Assembly (NCBI GenBank): GCA_001244265.2
Contig: CDLV01000019.1
Location: 310,001-374,000 of the forward strand
DNA length: 64,000 bases
Direction of reading: 5' to 3'
Origin: Microbotryum violaceum
Taxonomy: Eukaryota
This document shows positions 1 to 12,106 of this stretch, one piece after another. How positions within the stretch are numbered: position 1 is the stretch's first letter; every line of letters starts with the position of its first letter. Made by a program: the position numbers and the translations under genes. The notes beneath the pieces are model-generated. The model was given only the letters and a program-made list of their open reading frames with translations. It was not told where the DNA came from and did no database searches.

Positions 1-284
1 GGGACTGACCTCGGCGGAGAAGAAGTGCTTTGGGCGATGGACCAACAACGGATGGCCTTGCAACAGCTTGGACGCGGCCTTGAATTCTGCTGTGCCCGTC
101 TCGTACACTGGAAATAGGAACCAATCGGCTCAGAAAATGGAGCTCATCTGCGCCGATGCACAAGTGACTGACCTGCTTGGACGACGAGGGTCTTTTCGGT
201 GATGGACAGGCCTTGCAGCGCTTGCTCTTGCTTGGGCGTGAGGGGTAGAGGAGGCAAAGGTGGCGCCTTGGCTTTGGGTGGCAT
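1..284 (-). CDS. 5' part of a probable BRD8-like bromodomain protein (runs off the window edge)
   Basis: Manual splicing: ATG at 284, exon MPPKAKAPPLPPLPLTPKQEQALQGLSITEKTLVVQA, GT..AG intron, exon (V)YETGTAEFKAASKLLQGHPLLVHRPKHFFSAE, then donor GTCAGT. The QAVYE.G...SKLL..HPL..RPK.FFS pattern resembles the N-terminus of basidiomycete BRD8-like proteins. The bromodomain itself is outside the window. Confidence 0.55.
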
Positions 285-499
285 CGTGGCAAGGGACACC
301 GGACTGGATGGACGCTGACACTGATATCGAGAACGGGAGAGACGAGCAGGTGAAGAGCAAAAGGTAGCAGAAGCGCGAAGGAGCGCCGAGACGGCAACGC
401 GCCTCCAGTCGGTGAACCGGCCCTGGCTTGGCTTGCTGACTGCTTGCTGTCACCTTCTCTCACCAGCTCGCACAAGCAGCCAAAGTGGAACAAAGCAAA

Positions 500-985
500 A
501 TGATCGGGACCAGGACCGTTGCCTCACGCACCCGCTTCACGCAGCTCAGTCGCACCCCGCTCGGAGTCAGTGCACGCAACCACTCGAACTCGTCTTCGCA
601 CTCGTCGTCATCCTCGAAGACGTCAGCGGGCAAGTCCAAGACCGCCGAGCACGAGACGGCTTCATCGCACCCAGCACCCACTACTACTTCCTCGACCAAG
701 TCTTCCGTCATTCAATCTGATTCTTCCTCTACATCACCAGGCTACTCGGCGACGATTCTCTCCTCGCAGACGACCCCGAACTCCGCCACCTCAAACTCTG
801 CCTCGGCTATTACTGCTGCTCCCCGTCGACCTCCGACGATCGCGGAGAAGGAAGTCGAAGCGCTACGTCGACTGGAAGAACGGTTCGGTGGCGCGCACGA
901 GGCCCAACTGGGTGAACTGGATGAACATGGTCGACCGAGGGGAATGGCCAAGTATGTCAGTGGTAACCTTTTCAGGTTGATCTGA
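500..985 (+). CDS. small hypothetical protein with Arg/Ser/Thr-rich, acid-poor N-terminus (possible mitochondrial presequence)
   Basis: Intronless ORF, ATG 500 to TGA 985. Ser/Thr-rich middle and an ordered-looking C-terminus EVEALRRLEERFGGAHEAQLGELDEHGRPRGMAKYVSGNLFRLI. Confidence 0.6.
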   Translation: MIGTRTVASRTRFTQLSRTPLGVSARNHSNSSSHSSSSSKTSAGKSKTAEHETASSHPAPTTTSSTKSSVIQSDSSSTSPGYSATILSSQTTPNSATSNSASAITAAPRRPPTIAEKEVEALRRLEERFGGAHEAQLGELDEHGRPRGMAKYVSGNLFRLI

Positions 986-1273
986 AACGCAAAAAGTGGG
1001 GGCTATTGCAGTGAGCTTGGGCTTGTAAAGGGGCTCGGCCGGGGTTCTGCATGCATCCTTTGTACAGTCGTGGATTCATGTTAATCAAGGTTCGGTATGC
1101 GTCGGGCACTAGGTCTGGCGCGACCGAGCCACCAAATGTGAACTGCCTGGCTCAGCCCGTCTACTGCGGGCCGTCTCAGGCCGTCTCGGTGTTCAGGCGC
1201 TCGGGCTCTCTGCCCGAACGGCGCCACCACGGCTCTCCATCCTACTTAAACCTCAACCACTCCCGCGATTGCC

Positions 1274-3345
1274 ATGGTGAGACCCACCACGGCTTGGGCT
1301 TCCAAGCTCGATCTTCAACCTGGGATTGGTCTAGGACCTTTCCACATCGGTGAGCACGTTTAAGCCCTTCCAGTGATGACCGAGCGGTGACGTTCACGTT
1401 CACGTACGCGTCACTTCACGACGTCACGTGTTGTGGGGGCGGGCCGCCCCACACGCAGACGGGCTCGACCGCGATCACGGCGACAAGATAAGGTCTGGGC
1501 GGTCTAGTACCCACTGCAGAGTTGTAGAGACTGATTCAATCTTATCGGTCTCGATCATCGCCCCACTCGAACCCAGGCACGACCTTGTTCGACGTCATCA
1601 ACTTGCTGCGGAGCCATCGCTCGACCTACCCGACCGTGCACCTCGCCTGGGATGACAAGGTTAGCCATCACTAGGACTAGAGAGGCATAAACTCGGACGC
1701 AGAACTGACACCACATCTTACTCGGACCAGGCTCCTTCAACCAGCTCAATCCACATTCAGCTACTCAAGCCCAGCCCACTTGCGCTCCGCTTCGACGCGA
1801 TGACCCAACGGCTCTTACGCATCCAACTCGAAGGGCAAGCCACGCCAAGCTTGATCTATCGAGGCAAACCCTTCACCCATCCTTCGGAAGATTCCGAACA
1901 CCAAGATGCCAAGACCTTGATTCGGAGGTTGTTGGGCCCGACATATTCTTCCCCTTCGACCGAGACTTCGAGCTCGGGGCCCAACAGGCATTCGAGTGCC
2001 GCCTCCAATTCGACGGCCAAGAAGACGATGATGACTTATCCGGGAGTGTCCTTTGAGCTGGAAGAAAGCAACAAGCGAGGCAAGTCCATTGCAGTTTGAC
2101 CCTGCTGCCTCCTTGGGTTTCTGACGTTCACAAATGCCTCCGTTCGACAGGCTCAACCGTGTCGAGAGCCATGGTCACACCACTCCTCAGACCAGGGTCC
2201 AACATTCCCATCGACACGGCGTGGCTGCACCCTAGCTTGCCCGACGATCATCCCAAGAAACAAGGACATCTAGACCAAGTTGAGATCATGGTGCGTCGTC
2301 CCGTGCTCACCTTCCCTTCCCTGCACACTCTCACTCTGGACCCCGTTCTGCAAATTCAGCTCGATGCGCAGAACTGTCCAACATCCGTCAAGCTCGTTTT
2401 CTATCCGCACGAGTCACCATCAACATCACATGATGCCGTCGAGTTCAAGATTGGCCAGTCGACGAGTGAGGACATCATGTGTGATCTCGGGAGTGCGGTC
2501 AGGTCGTTTTGGAAGGAGGATGTGAGTGAATCCGTCGATCCTCAAGCGCTGTTCGCCCGGCATGAACTCACTTATCTAGCATCGATGTACGCTTCGCTCC
2601 ACAGGATCGCATGTCAATTCATTCTTCGCCCGATGCAACAGCTTTAGCAGCGCTAGATCGTATGTCCCAGGTACCCAAGCTTGTTTAGCCTGGGAGCACT
2701 TTCTGACCGAGCTGTGGATATGTCCTGCGCACTCAGCGAACCCTTACTTCCTTTCCTACCCATCCCTCGGTATCACATTCCTCGTCCATGGCTCGAAGCA
2801 CCACCTTCTCAAAGTCATACTGCACTCGAACCTACCCGGCGAAGTCAACTTTGGCCGAACGCATCGATGTCGCTGGGCCTTGGTCGACAGCTCGGGTGCT
2901 CGCATCGGGTGTGAACAACCCTTCACCAAAGTCAAGACCAGGCTTGTAGGAGGGAGCCCTAGACCTGGGTCTCCGAAGGGCGAGTCGAAGGGTGAGAAAG
3001 ATGATTTGATGGCCGAGAAGGGCTTGAAGGGGTTCTCGATGGAGAAACCGATGATTTTGGATCGGACCGCTGATGGTGGGGAAGGGTCCGAGGTCAAGGG
3101 CAAGACGACCGGTGAGTTGGATCATTATCACGGATCGCTCTACCTGAAACCGAAACCGATCTTCAAATGGATGGTGTTGGCGAGACTATTGCTGACGTGA
3201 ACAGTGACCTCCGTCCGCTGACTCTGACCATCTCGCTCGTGCAATGGGTCGTTGTTTCACCGTTTCACCAGAGATCCATGGATTTCCGGGCGTCGCGTTC
3301 GAGGTGACGAATTCCGGTGACGTCGAGACCGTTTGGCTATTTTAA
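1274..3345 (+). CDS. UPF0183/PHAF1 (C16orf70)-family protein, multi-exon
   Basis: N-terminal LDLQPGIGLGPFHIG; internal LRFDAMTQRLLRI, LLGPTY, YPGVSF, IGQSTSEDIMCDLG; C-terminal GFPGVAFEVTNSGDVETVWLF*. Several GT..AG introns. Confidence 0.75.
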
Positions 3346-4224
3346 TTCTTCGGTCTCAAGTGCTCGAGCAAACCAGTGCGAGGAACGCCACGACATGAAG
3401 GTCTGGCAACTCCAAGGCCGAGAAACAAGCTCTTGAAACCGAGATAGTGGTGGTTCGAGTCTTACTGATCATCAGCCGGGGCCCCTCGCCACGTTTTAGC
3501 GCGTCGGTCCCTGAATTCCTGATCGCTCGTCCGCGGATTCAGGCGGACGTCACGACAACTCGGCGATTTACGGCGTTCACCTGGACGCTCAAACGAATTG
3601 ATACCATATGCACTAGCTTTTGTTTCGTTGTGTAACACGAAAACGTCCGTATCCATACCGCGATCACCGCAGCGAGCCGGAGTCTGGGGATCCGAAACCG
3701 AATTGACCGGCGGCAAAATGCGCCGGTGGGGCTCCTCCCCCTTGGCGGAAGTTCGACGATCGCTTCTCGGTTGAACAAACCAACCACGAGAAGTCAATTT
3801 GTCAAACAGAAAAGGTCCAACCCAACAAAAAATGTGGGGCCCGCGAATGATTCGCTGGGATTTCTGAAAGAAGCGTGAGCTGGAGGAATCGCGGGGTTGT
3901 TCCCGATCCTTCTCTTTCGAAATCCACCGAAGTTGCCCAGATCCTGGCGAGTGCTGGCACGACTCCTTCTTGCTCTGCCTACACACCTACACCGCTGATT
4001 TGGGTGCACTACTGCCCGAGTTTGATCTCGTTGACCGCAAGGACCCAATCTCAATACGCCGCCTGTACGTGCGACTGCCTCAAAATCCCACTATTCGAAT
4101 TGCTCCGAGCCCCTAGTTTTCGATCACTTGCACGCGGTCGACTCCTCGTCAGCCGGCAAGCAGCGCCGACCAAACCGACCACTCATTTTCCTCCGACTCA
4201 ATCTTTTTCTCTTCAAGTCCCAAG

Positions 4225-5781
4225 ATGTCGCACACCAGTCCCAATGACGCTTTCCTACAGCTCTTTGGTACGCCCTACGACCGCGTGCAAGTGACAATCC
4301 GCGCCGCCTCGACCCTTCCTCGCGAACGCGGCAGCGTCTCCGGTCTCGCGTCGGCGAGATTGGCTCTGGCGCGCCGCTCTCCCGACCCGAGGCTGGGAGT
4401 GACCAAATTGTCCTCCTCGTCGTCGTCGCTACAGGCCTCGATCGCTCGGTGGGAAGAATCCGTCCATGCGATCCATAACGACGAACTTGACTTTCATCAT
4501 AATCACGATCACCATCAACCAAATACTGCGAATATGATGGCGGAGGTCGCTTCCTCGTCGTCGTGCTGCTCTGGGACGGCAGTGTCGGAACACAGACCGG
4601 CCGACGAGGCCTGTGCGTTTCGAGCGAGGAGCGCTTCGCTCGATTTCTGGGGGATGGATCTCAGTGCTCCGATGTCGCTTCATGACGAAGGTCAAGTGTA
4701 CAAAGCCTCGAGTGTCGAGCCGGTTGAACGACACGAACTAGCTTCATCAGTCATCAGAACCACCGCCCCCAAAAGGAAACGACCGTCCGTGACGACTTCG
4801 GGGGAGCCTTCGAATTCGACCTCGGATTCGACAGCGCCGAAGCGAGCGTGGCGTCAACCCGCTCGAAGCTGTCTACCCTGTCGACAAAAAAAGAGTCGGT
4901 GCGATCGTAGGGAACAATGCAACAGCTGTACTACTCGTGGGATGCAGTGCGTTTGGACGGGAGTTGCGTGAGTTTGCCGGGAACCTCTGTCGTAGTCGAG
5001 GAACGAAAAGCGGATAACTGATGCTTCTCAGTCTGTCACACATAGCCGACCGTTGACGGACGAAGAGCTGTTGACCGAGGCGGAAGGTGCGGTCGTGCCA
5101 GCACCGACAGCGGCTTCGACGCTGACATCCTCGTCAGCCGTGGCCAAGTCTGTAGGAGTCGCGAAGAAAGCGGCGCACGTTGCGGCCGTCGCTCCATCTC
5201 GACTTCCCTCTGCGCCTCCTGTCGTGGCTTCCGCCGCCGCGGCGCATGTTCCCGCATCTATGGCGTCGACGACAGTGCCGACGATGATCGCCTCTTCCCC
5301 TGAGAAATTCGAAGTTACGCGACTTCGATCGATCATCAAGTCCCTTGCTCAACAGCTCCAGCTTGATCCGACGACCTTACTCGACTCTGCCTTCGTGCCT
5401 GTGCCCTTGACAGCTACCGCCGTCCCACCACCATCGACGAGGGAGGCAACGACCTCCACCACCTACAAAAAGCGACAACGCTCCAATCTTGGTCCGCTCA
5501 CCCTCCCTTCACCACCTGCACTCTCATACGGCTCATCATCCGATTCAAGTTCTTCCTCTTCCTCCATTCTAGGCCAGATTTCTCCGGAACTCCCCTTCGT
5601 CTCCCCCACCTTACTCCCCGCTCATCGAACTGAACCCTCGTCGACAAAACATGCCCGGAGATCAAGTTACGGTTTTGAGCATCCGATGGAGGTGTTCGCG
5701 GGTCAGAACGAAGAACCTTCAGACGCTTGGCTGAATCCGAGTAGTTGGTTGACGGCGATCCCCAAGACGTTGATGCACTGA
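4225..5781 (+). CDS. Zn(II)2Cys6 transcription factor
   Basis: SCLPCRQKKSRCDRREQCNSCTTRGMQC (C-x2-C-x6-C-x5-C-x2-C-x6-C). Intron 4968-5045 (GTGAGT..CATAG) joins it in frame to ORF 5053-5781. Confidence 0.8.
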
Positions 5782-5968
5782 ACATGCTTAGGTCGTGATC
5801 CGCAGCATTTCTACACTGCTAGCTAGCGCTCTACCTACTCGCGTCTCAGCTCGCCATTTCTTAGTCTCATTCTTTGTGCGCTCATACTGTCTGCTTTAGT
5901 GTTGAAACCTTGATTTACGACATTTCACTGTTCTACGGTTTGGTAGCGGCCTCCTAATACAAACGCTT

Positions 5969-7556
5969 CTAATGCGAATAATCATACCTGCAGTCCGATG
6001 AAAAATTCTATCCATCAGTTTCCGGGTGCGACTCAAATCCGAACCTACTCGCGAGACTCACTTTCTGTAAAAAGCTTCACTCTCCGTCACTTCTTTAGCT
6101 CCGCGTTTCCTCATCCCATCCCTCGCGATCTCGCCACTTTCGCGCTTCTGACGATCCTGTTGCAACCACGCCAAAGCCAATTCCAACATCTTGGACCCAT
6201 TCCTCCCCGGATCTTCCATCCGTTCTCTCACGCCCTTCGGAACTCCAGCTACGGTCGCTCCTTCCTCGGAAGGGAATTGAATTGGCCATGCGAGAGGTGA
6301 AGGAGGGACGGTCGATCCGAGTTGGATGTGGCAGAGATGCGTGGGGAAGGCGTCGAGTCCGTCGAAGATGTGCGTCGCGTAGAGGATCGAGGCGTTGCGT
6401 TGTTGCGTTTCTTCGATCAAGAATGACAAAAGGCGAGAACGAACAAGCACATCGAGATCGACGGTAACCTGGAACAGAGAATGGGAGTAATCAGGGTTCA
6501 GTAAAGGATCTGATGAAGAGGAGAATCGAGTGAAGACGCACTTCGTCGAGCAAGAGGAGATCCCACGGAGCCATCAATCCAGCAACGATTTGAACTCGCC
6601 TCCGTTCGCCATCCGAGACTTCATGCATTCGCCATGCCAAGTCAACATCCCTGCAAGAGGCACAGAGTTTGTATGAGCGATCCCATCCAGAGATATACAG
6701 CCAACTCAAACTGGACCTACATGATGTCCAAGAGGTGATCTCTTCGCTCGGCATTTCGGTACCCTCCGACCGAGTCGCTAAAGAGTTTTCAAGTCAAGCA
6801 CAGGATGTGGGGGCTCAGCCTCATATGCTGAGCAATACAGCAGAATTCCGTTGATGCATAGATTCGACGCACAGAAAGTGAGAAACCTTGAGGTCGGACC
6901 GGACTACAGGGTTTGCGGCCCATTCGGTTCCTGTTGAAGCAGTGCAGTGAGGAGAGCAGGATGAAATTCGGTCAGCTGAGCCGCAGGGTAGCATCGGCCC
7001 TCATTTCAAGCTGACCGAGGTATGTGACACCTTTAGGGGTCGAGAAGAAGACGTCTTGGCCGAGGACTTTGGCACCAGATCGGGTCAAACGCTTTCCGGC
7101 CAAGATTTGCAGGAGCGTCGATTTACCTGCCAGCCCAGATGTAGTCAAATGAATATGGTGAGCAAGTGTATGGCAAAGACTCTTGTTTATGGCATTGGGG
7201 GGATGGCGCAAGGGAGGATGCAAAGCTCTTCAGGGGATTGTCACGTGCGCGCATTGGAGTCGGAGATCAACCCCCCTCGCGACGTCATCAAGGATCCGTC
7301 GGCGCCCTCGACGATCGTCAAAGGCAGCGCCGACGAGGTGCAGCACCCATTCCAGCCGCTGCCTGGGAAGCTCACCAGCACCGTTGGCGCCCACGAGGAT
7401 GCACCTCGCTCCTTTGGGGAGGTTCAAGTTGACATGCTCGAGCACGGGTTCAAGTTCGGGTGCGTCAACGGGGCGATACGCGAAGCGCAGGTCCTCGACG
7501 TGGATCGCGAGTTCGGAAGACGAAGCGGCGTTGGAGTCGCCGTTGGTGGTGGTCAT
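5969..7556 (-). CDS. CAF16: soluble ABC ATPase, CAF16-like (CCR4-associated factor 16)
   Basis: Walker A GANGAG|KSTLL split by an intron, degenerate signature [10 protein letters not shown], Walker B LLLLDEV, ATHIFDG H-loop. Last exon gives KYDYSH* (stop at 5969). Confidence 0.85.
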
Positions 7557-7927
7557 GATCGTTGACAAGCACTCGACTGGCGTAGAATTCGTTCCGGATT
7601 GAAGTAGGATCGACTTTTCCGGACGGTGAGGTCTGCGCTGACAGCGAGTCGAGAAAGGTGAGCAACTCTGGGAGAGCTGCGAAATAGGATCGGTTGACGG
7701 CTTACGGGGCCAGTCGTCGGTGATCGGTTAGGATCGGATGCGCCCGCCCGCCCGGCCCGGCGCATGTGGAGGGAAAGAGGTCCGAGCGCACCGGACCGCG
7801 CGTGCCAGACCAAAACCCGTAAAACCCGACACGTCTCCTCGCGAGGGCGTCGGTCAACCCTCACGGTCTACGCCCCACACCTGGGCACGGCGGAGGAGCG
7901 CAACCGGAAATTGCTATTGCCTGGAAC

Positions 7928-10900
7928 ATGGCCACCTCATCTGCTGCTTCGAACATGGCTTCCACGTCGACACTGAGCCCACCTCTCGCGTCGACTTCGA
8001 CTTCGACCTCGAACCAGACCCAGACCCAGACCCAGACCCAGACCCAGACCCAGGCGCTCAAACCACCGCTCAGCACTCCGGCTCGACCGGATCCAGTCCA
8101 GGGTCAGTCCCAGTCGTCGCGTACAGACCACAGAACAGGACTGATTCAGCTTCGATTTTCATGTCTCAGAATACGCCACATTTCTGCACCCCAACTTTGA
8201 CCCGAACCAGTTCGCGCATTCGATCGTCAACGACCAACCTTACGTTCCTCCGCCGCTCGACGGCGCGTCCGAGGCCGACACCCTCGATGATGGTGCCCAT
8301 GCCGCGTCATCCTTGTTTATGAAGGCGCTTGAAAGGGATGGGTCCGCGTTGAAGCGTGCAGGTGGGGTCGCTGGGGGTGGCGTAGGCGGGGCGTTGGCCC
8401 ATCTGAGCTTTGGCGTCGAGGAGCTCAATCGCCAGCTCAAGGCCGAGGTGAATACCACAGCGCAGCAAGCTTGGGGAAGAATGAGGTCCATCGTTGATCC
8501 CGTGTTATCTCATGTCCACAGATTACAAAACACCACTCGAGCCTTCTGCTCCAAGCCGCGTCGCTCGGCGGTCTCGAAGGGGATCTGAAAGAGGTCCGAC
8601 ACGGCCTCAAAGAGGTCGAAGCAGGCGTTACGAGGTCAGTTACCCCACATCCTACTCTGAAACAAGCGAAACAGCGACGAGACTGACGTTGGAACGGTGC
8701 TCTTGGTAACCCTAGACTGCGGCGAAAAATCGCCACCCCCCACTCGTCCCTCTCGGCCTCGCTTCAGCTTCTCACTCGACTCCGACGAACCTCGTCGCTC
8801 GCTCGAAGGAGTCATCGCTTCATTGTTCTCGCCAAGCGGTTGGAAGCTCAAATGAACGAGATCGATGGGGTCGTCGTTGAGGATGCCGACAAGGTCCTGT
8901 CCAAGTCATCGACCAATGGTGGTACCCACTCGGGCACCGGTGGGGAAAGGACAGAGCGTGTGATGGCCGAAGCGGCATTAACACTCGCAGAGATTGGTGA
9001 GTGACTGCGCATCGAGCTTGTCTCAGCTAGCTTCGCAGCAACTCAAGGTCTGCGTTTCGTCTCGAGTTTGTTTCCGGACAGAGCTGCTTCTCAACGAAGG
9101 ATCTGAAAGCGACTCGGAGCTCATCTCGATCCACTCTGTGCCGCTCATCGCGGCCCAAGTACCTGCCGTTTCATCGTCCCGAGAGCGAGTGGTTTTGTCG
9201 ATGGAGTCGACAGTCCAGCGCGGTCTATCGGCTCTCGACCATCCCTTGCTCGCCTCGAGCCTTCAAACGGCTCACAATCTCAGCGTACTGCCACAACTCG
9301 TCGATGCTTTGCTCGCCAGCTTGAACGATGTCGTGTCCAGGGAGGTCAGAAGGGCGTTCGACATGGCCAGTTTGGCAAAAGAAGTCAATGCCAAAGGTGC
9401 GGGCGATACAGTGCGCTGTCTGTGCCGGAACTTATGCTAAATCAGAGGTTTGAACCTGGCATGTCACCAGATCCCTCCCAATCCTCAGGTCCGACCTCGT
9501 TCGTGTACAAATCGCGGGCCCGAACGGAACCGACCACGGTGACGCTGCCATTGTGGCAGTCCACACTATGGGCACGGATGGAGACGCTTGTTTCCGAGAT
9601 GGGCGCGATCTGCATCAAGGTGTACACGCTCGAGAAAGTGCTCAAGCTCAAGCGAGACCAGATGACGCAGACTTCGTTCTTGGACGAGGCAATGACGGTG
9701 AGCAATGCCTCGACTCTGCTGCCTATGACCTTTCGCCGCCCAAAGGCAAATGACTCAACAGCGATTGCTCAATGTAGGCCCTCGATGATCGGCCTTCGGC
9801 CATGTTTTGGACAACGTTCGCATCAACTCTGGAGCAGCACACCAAAGAGACGGCACGGTCGTCGGCTTTCGTGCAGACCACACTCGCATCGAGCTACCCA
9901 AGGCTGCTCCGACTGCTGCACGAATTCTTCACCAAGATCGTCGTGCACACCGACACCGTCTATTCGCCAACTCAGCAGAGTTCTGAAGCCGTTCAAATCC
10001 TCCGAGCCATTCAGCCGTTCGAGACGCTATACTTGACTCGTTCGTCCAATCGGCTTTTGGATAGTGTGGGATCCGCTTTTTCACTGTCGTCGGCGTCCTC
10101 AAACGCGTCGAGGACGATTCCGACCGCCAACGAAGGGCTGGGCACCGCACGAGCGATCGTCAACGAACTCGATGCCGCACGCTTCGATCCTTTGCTGGTG
10201 AAGAACGTTGCCAAGGGTGCAGCCAGAGCCGTCGACACATTCGTGGGGACAGCCGAAAGTCTCGTGAGTCGGATTGATTTCCCTACGAGCTTCAGCCCTT
10301 TACTCAGGGTCACAACTATGACATACCCACAGATTTCTCGAGATCATTCCTCCACGACTCTTCTCGGACCTCTGGCCACGCCTTCTCAGCACTCGAACGC
10401 CGAGTTGGCCTCATCGCTCTATCATCTTTGGTCGCCTCTTCACCGCGCGCTGCTGGGCGAACAATACGGGATCGAGCCCGTCCAGGTTGCACTGAGACCG
10501 TCGATTGACCGGATACGACATGTATACCTCAACATCTCCAAGCCACTGATCATGGCCATTCGCCGCGAGTTCTCCACCATCCTCGCTCGTATGCATCGCA
10601 CCGACTATTCCAAGTCCAACGAAGAAGGCACTGCGCCCAACTCACAGAGCGCTTACATGACCGACCTCACCGACAAGCTTTCGCTTGTCAGGGATGAAAT
10701 CTTGGGCACATATAGGGTCGGAGACTTGGCCAAGGAATGGTTGGTTTCGAAGAACCCTGACGACTCAATTATGCATGCTAACGACGGTTCATGACTGGCA
10801 CGCTTGTTCGATTATAGGGCTCTGGATCTCTCGCGTTTCATCGTGCAAACCTTCCTCTTACACGCATCGCTCATCACTCCGCTGGGCGAGTCGGGCAAGC

Positions 10901-11373
10901 TCAAGCTCATTGCTGACACGGCACTTCTCGAGTTCAGCGTCTCGGCCTACTTGTCGTCCCATGCCCTCGCCCTTATCGCAATGGGTGATCAGTTCAAAGC
11001 GTTGCGCGCTTGGCGACCGTTGTTGTTCCTGCCTGACAAGGATCTTGTCGAAAGGGCGACAATAGGGGACGTACCAACGTTAATCCTCCTACACCATGCC
11101 TTGGGTCGGGCCGCTTCGGCCTGTCGCGAGGGTCGGATCCAAGTCAAGTTACCACATCAAGTCCAAGGCTGGACCCAAGGCGACTACGTAAGGTGGCTGA
11201 ACGAGCACGGCGAGACCGATCGACTCGCCATGGTGAGCATGACTGTCGACGCGTGGAATAAGGAAAGGGAGGTCTTGGCGAGGGATGAGGAGGATGAGAC
11301 GATTGGTCAGGAAGGGCAGGCCGTCATCGCTATTGTTTCGGAGATCTTGGCGCGAACGAGCTCGACTGCTTGA
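7928..11373 (+). CDS. COG5: conserved oligomeric Golgi complex subunit 5 (COG5)
   Basis: EYATFLHPNFDPNQFAH, LAHLSFGVEELNRQLK, LASSLQTAHNL, KVYTLEKVLKLKRD, YPRLLRLLHEFF, NELDAARFDPLL, PLGESGKLKL, LRAWRPLLFL. Multi-exon. Confidence 0.85.
8015..8053 (+). repeat. (CAGACC)6 coding microsatellite (Gln-Thr repeat in the COG5 N-terminus)
   Basis: Six tandem CAGACC plus CAG, read directly. Confidence 0.95.
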
Positions 11374-11746
11374 TCGCTTGAACATATTGCAATACCCTCC
11401 CGATTGTTAGGAACGCGCAGCTCATACCTATCGGTCGATGTCTGAAAACATCAATATATCTCCTGTTGCGTTCTCAACCCCCCATGATCTGCGCCAACTG
11501 TGTAGTCCTAAATGTTGACTCCGTGGACTCTCGTCTCCTGGCTGAGTTCGGACTCTGACGTCGCACTCGGATAGGAGTGCCGGCCTGTGTGCAAAGGCAC
11601 CTTGGTATCTGGGGATGAAATGTATCCTGCCATCAGGTAGGCTATCACTTGGGCTAAAGGTCTGCACTTTCAGATCCACATAGGGTCCGCCTAAAACTCA
11701 GAACCGAAAGTGCGGATCCGTGCCTATTCGGCAGCGATTTCATCTG

Positions 11747-12106
11747 CTTCAAATCAGCAAAATGGGCACGCGCGCTTAAGCTCGAGAACGTCTTGTTAAG
11801 CGTCCTTAAGCGCGCTTGAGCGCCTCTAAGCGGTGCGCGCCTTATATAACCCGGCGTTATCTACGGATCGCATAATGGTGCTTAGTGGCCGCTTAAGAAC
11901 ACGCGCGTTATGCGGTACTCGCGCCCTGTAAGCGCGCGCGTATGCATTAAGCCTGGCGGGGTCGCATTAAGCGGGGCGGGGCCGCATTAAGCGGGAGTAA
12001 GCCGTTAAAGCCGCTGCGAAAGCTCGCATTAGCGGGACGACGCCGTTAAACCCCCTGCGAATCCTTAAGCGAGGGTCTCGCGCGTGCCCGGTTTGCTGAT
12101 TTGAAG
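11747..12106. mobile_element. MITE-like non-coding element with 28-bp terminal inverted repeats
   Basis: Left arm CTTCAAATCAGCAAAATGGGCACGCGCG (11747-11774) matches the reverse complement of 12079-12106 (CTTCAAATCAGCAAACCGGGCACGCGCG) at 26/28. Interior has many TTAAGC motifs and no ORF. No clear TSD. Confidence 0.65.
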
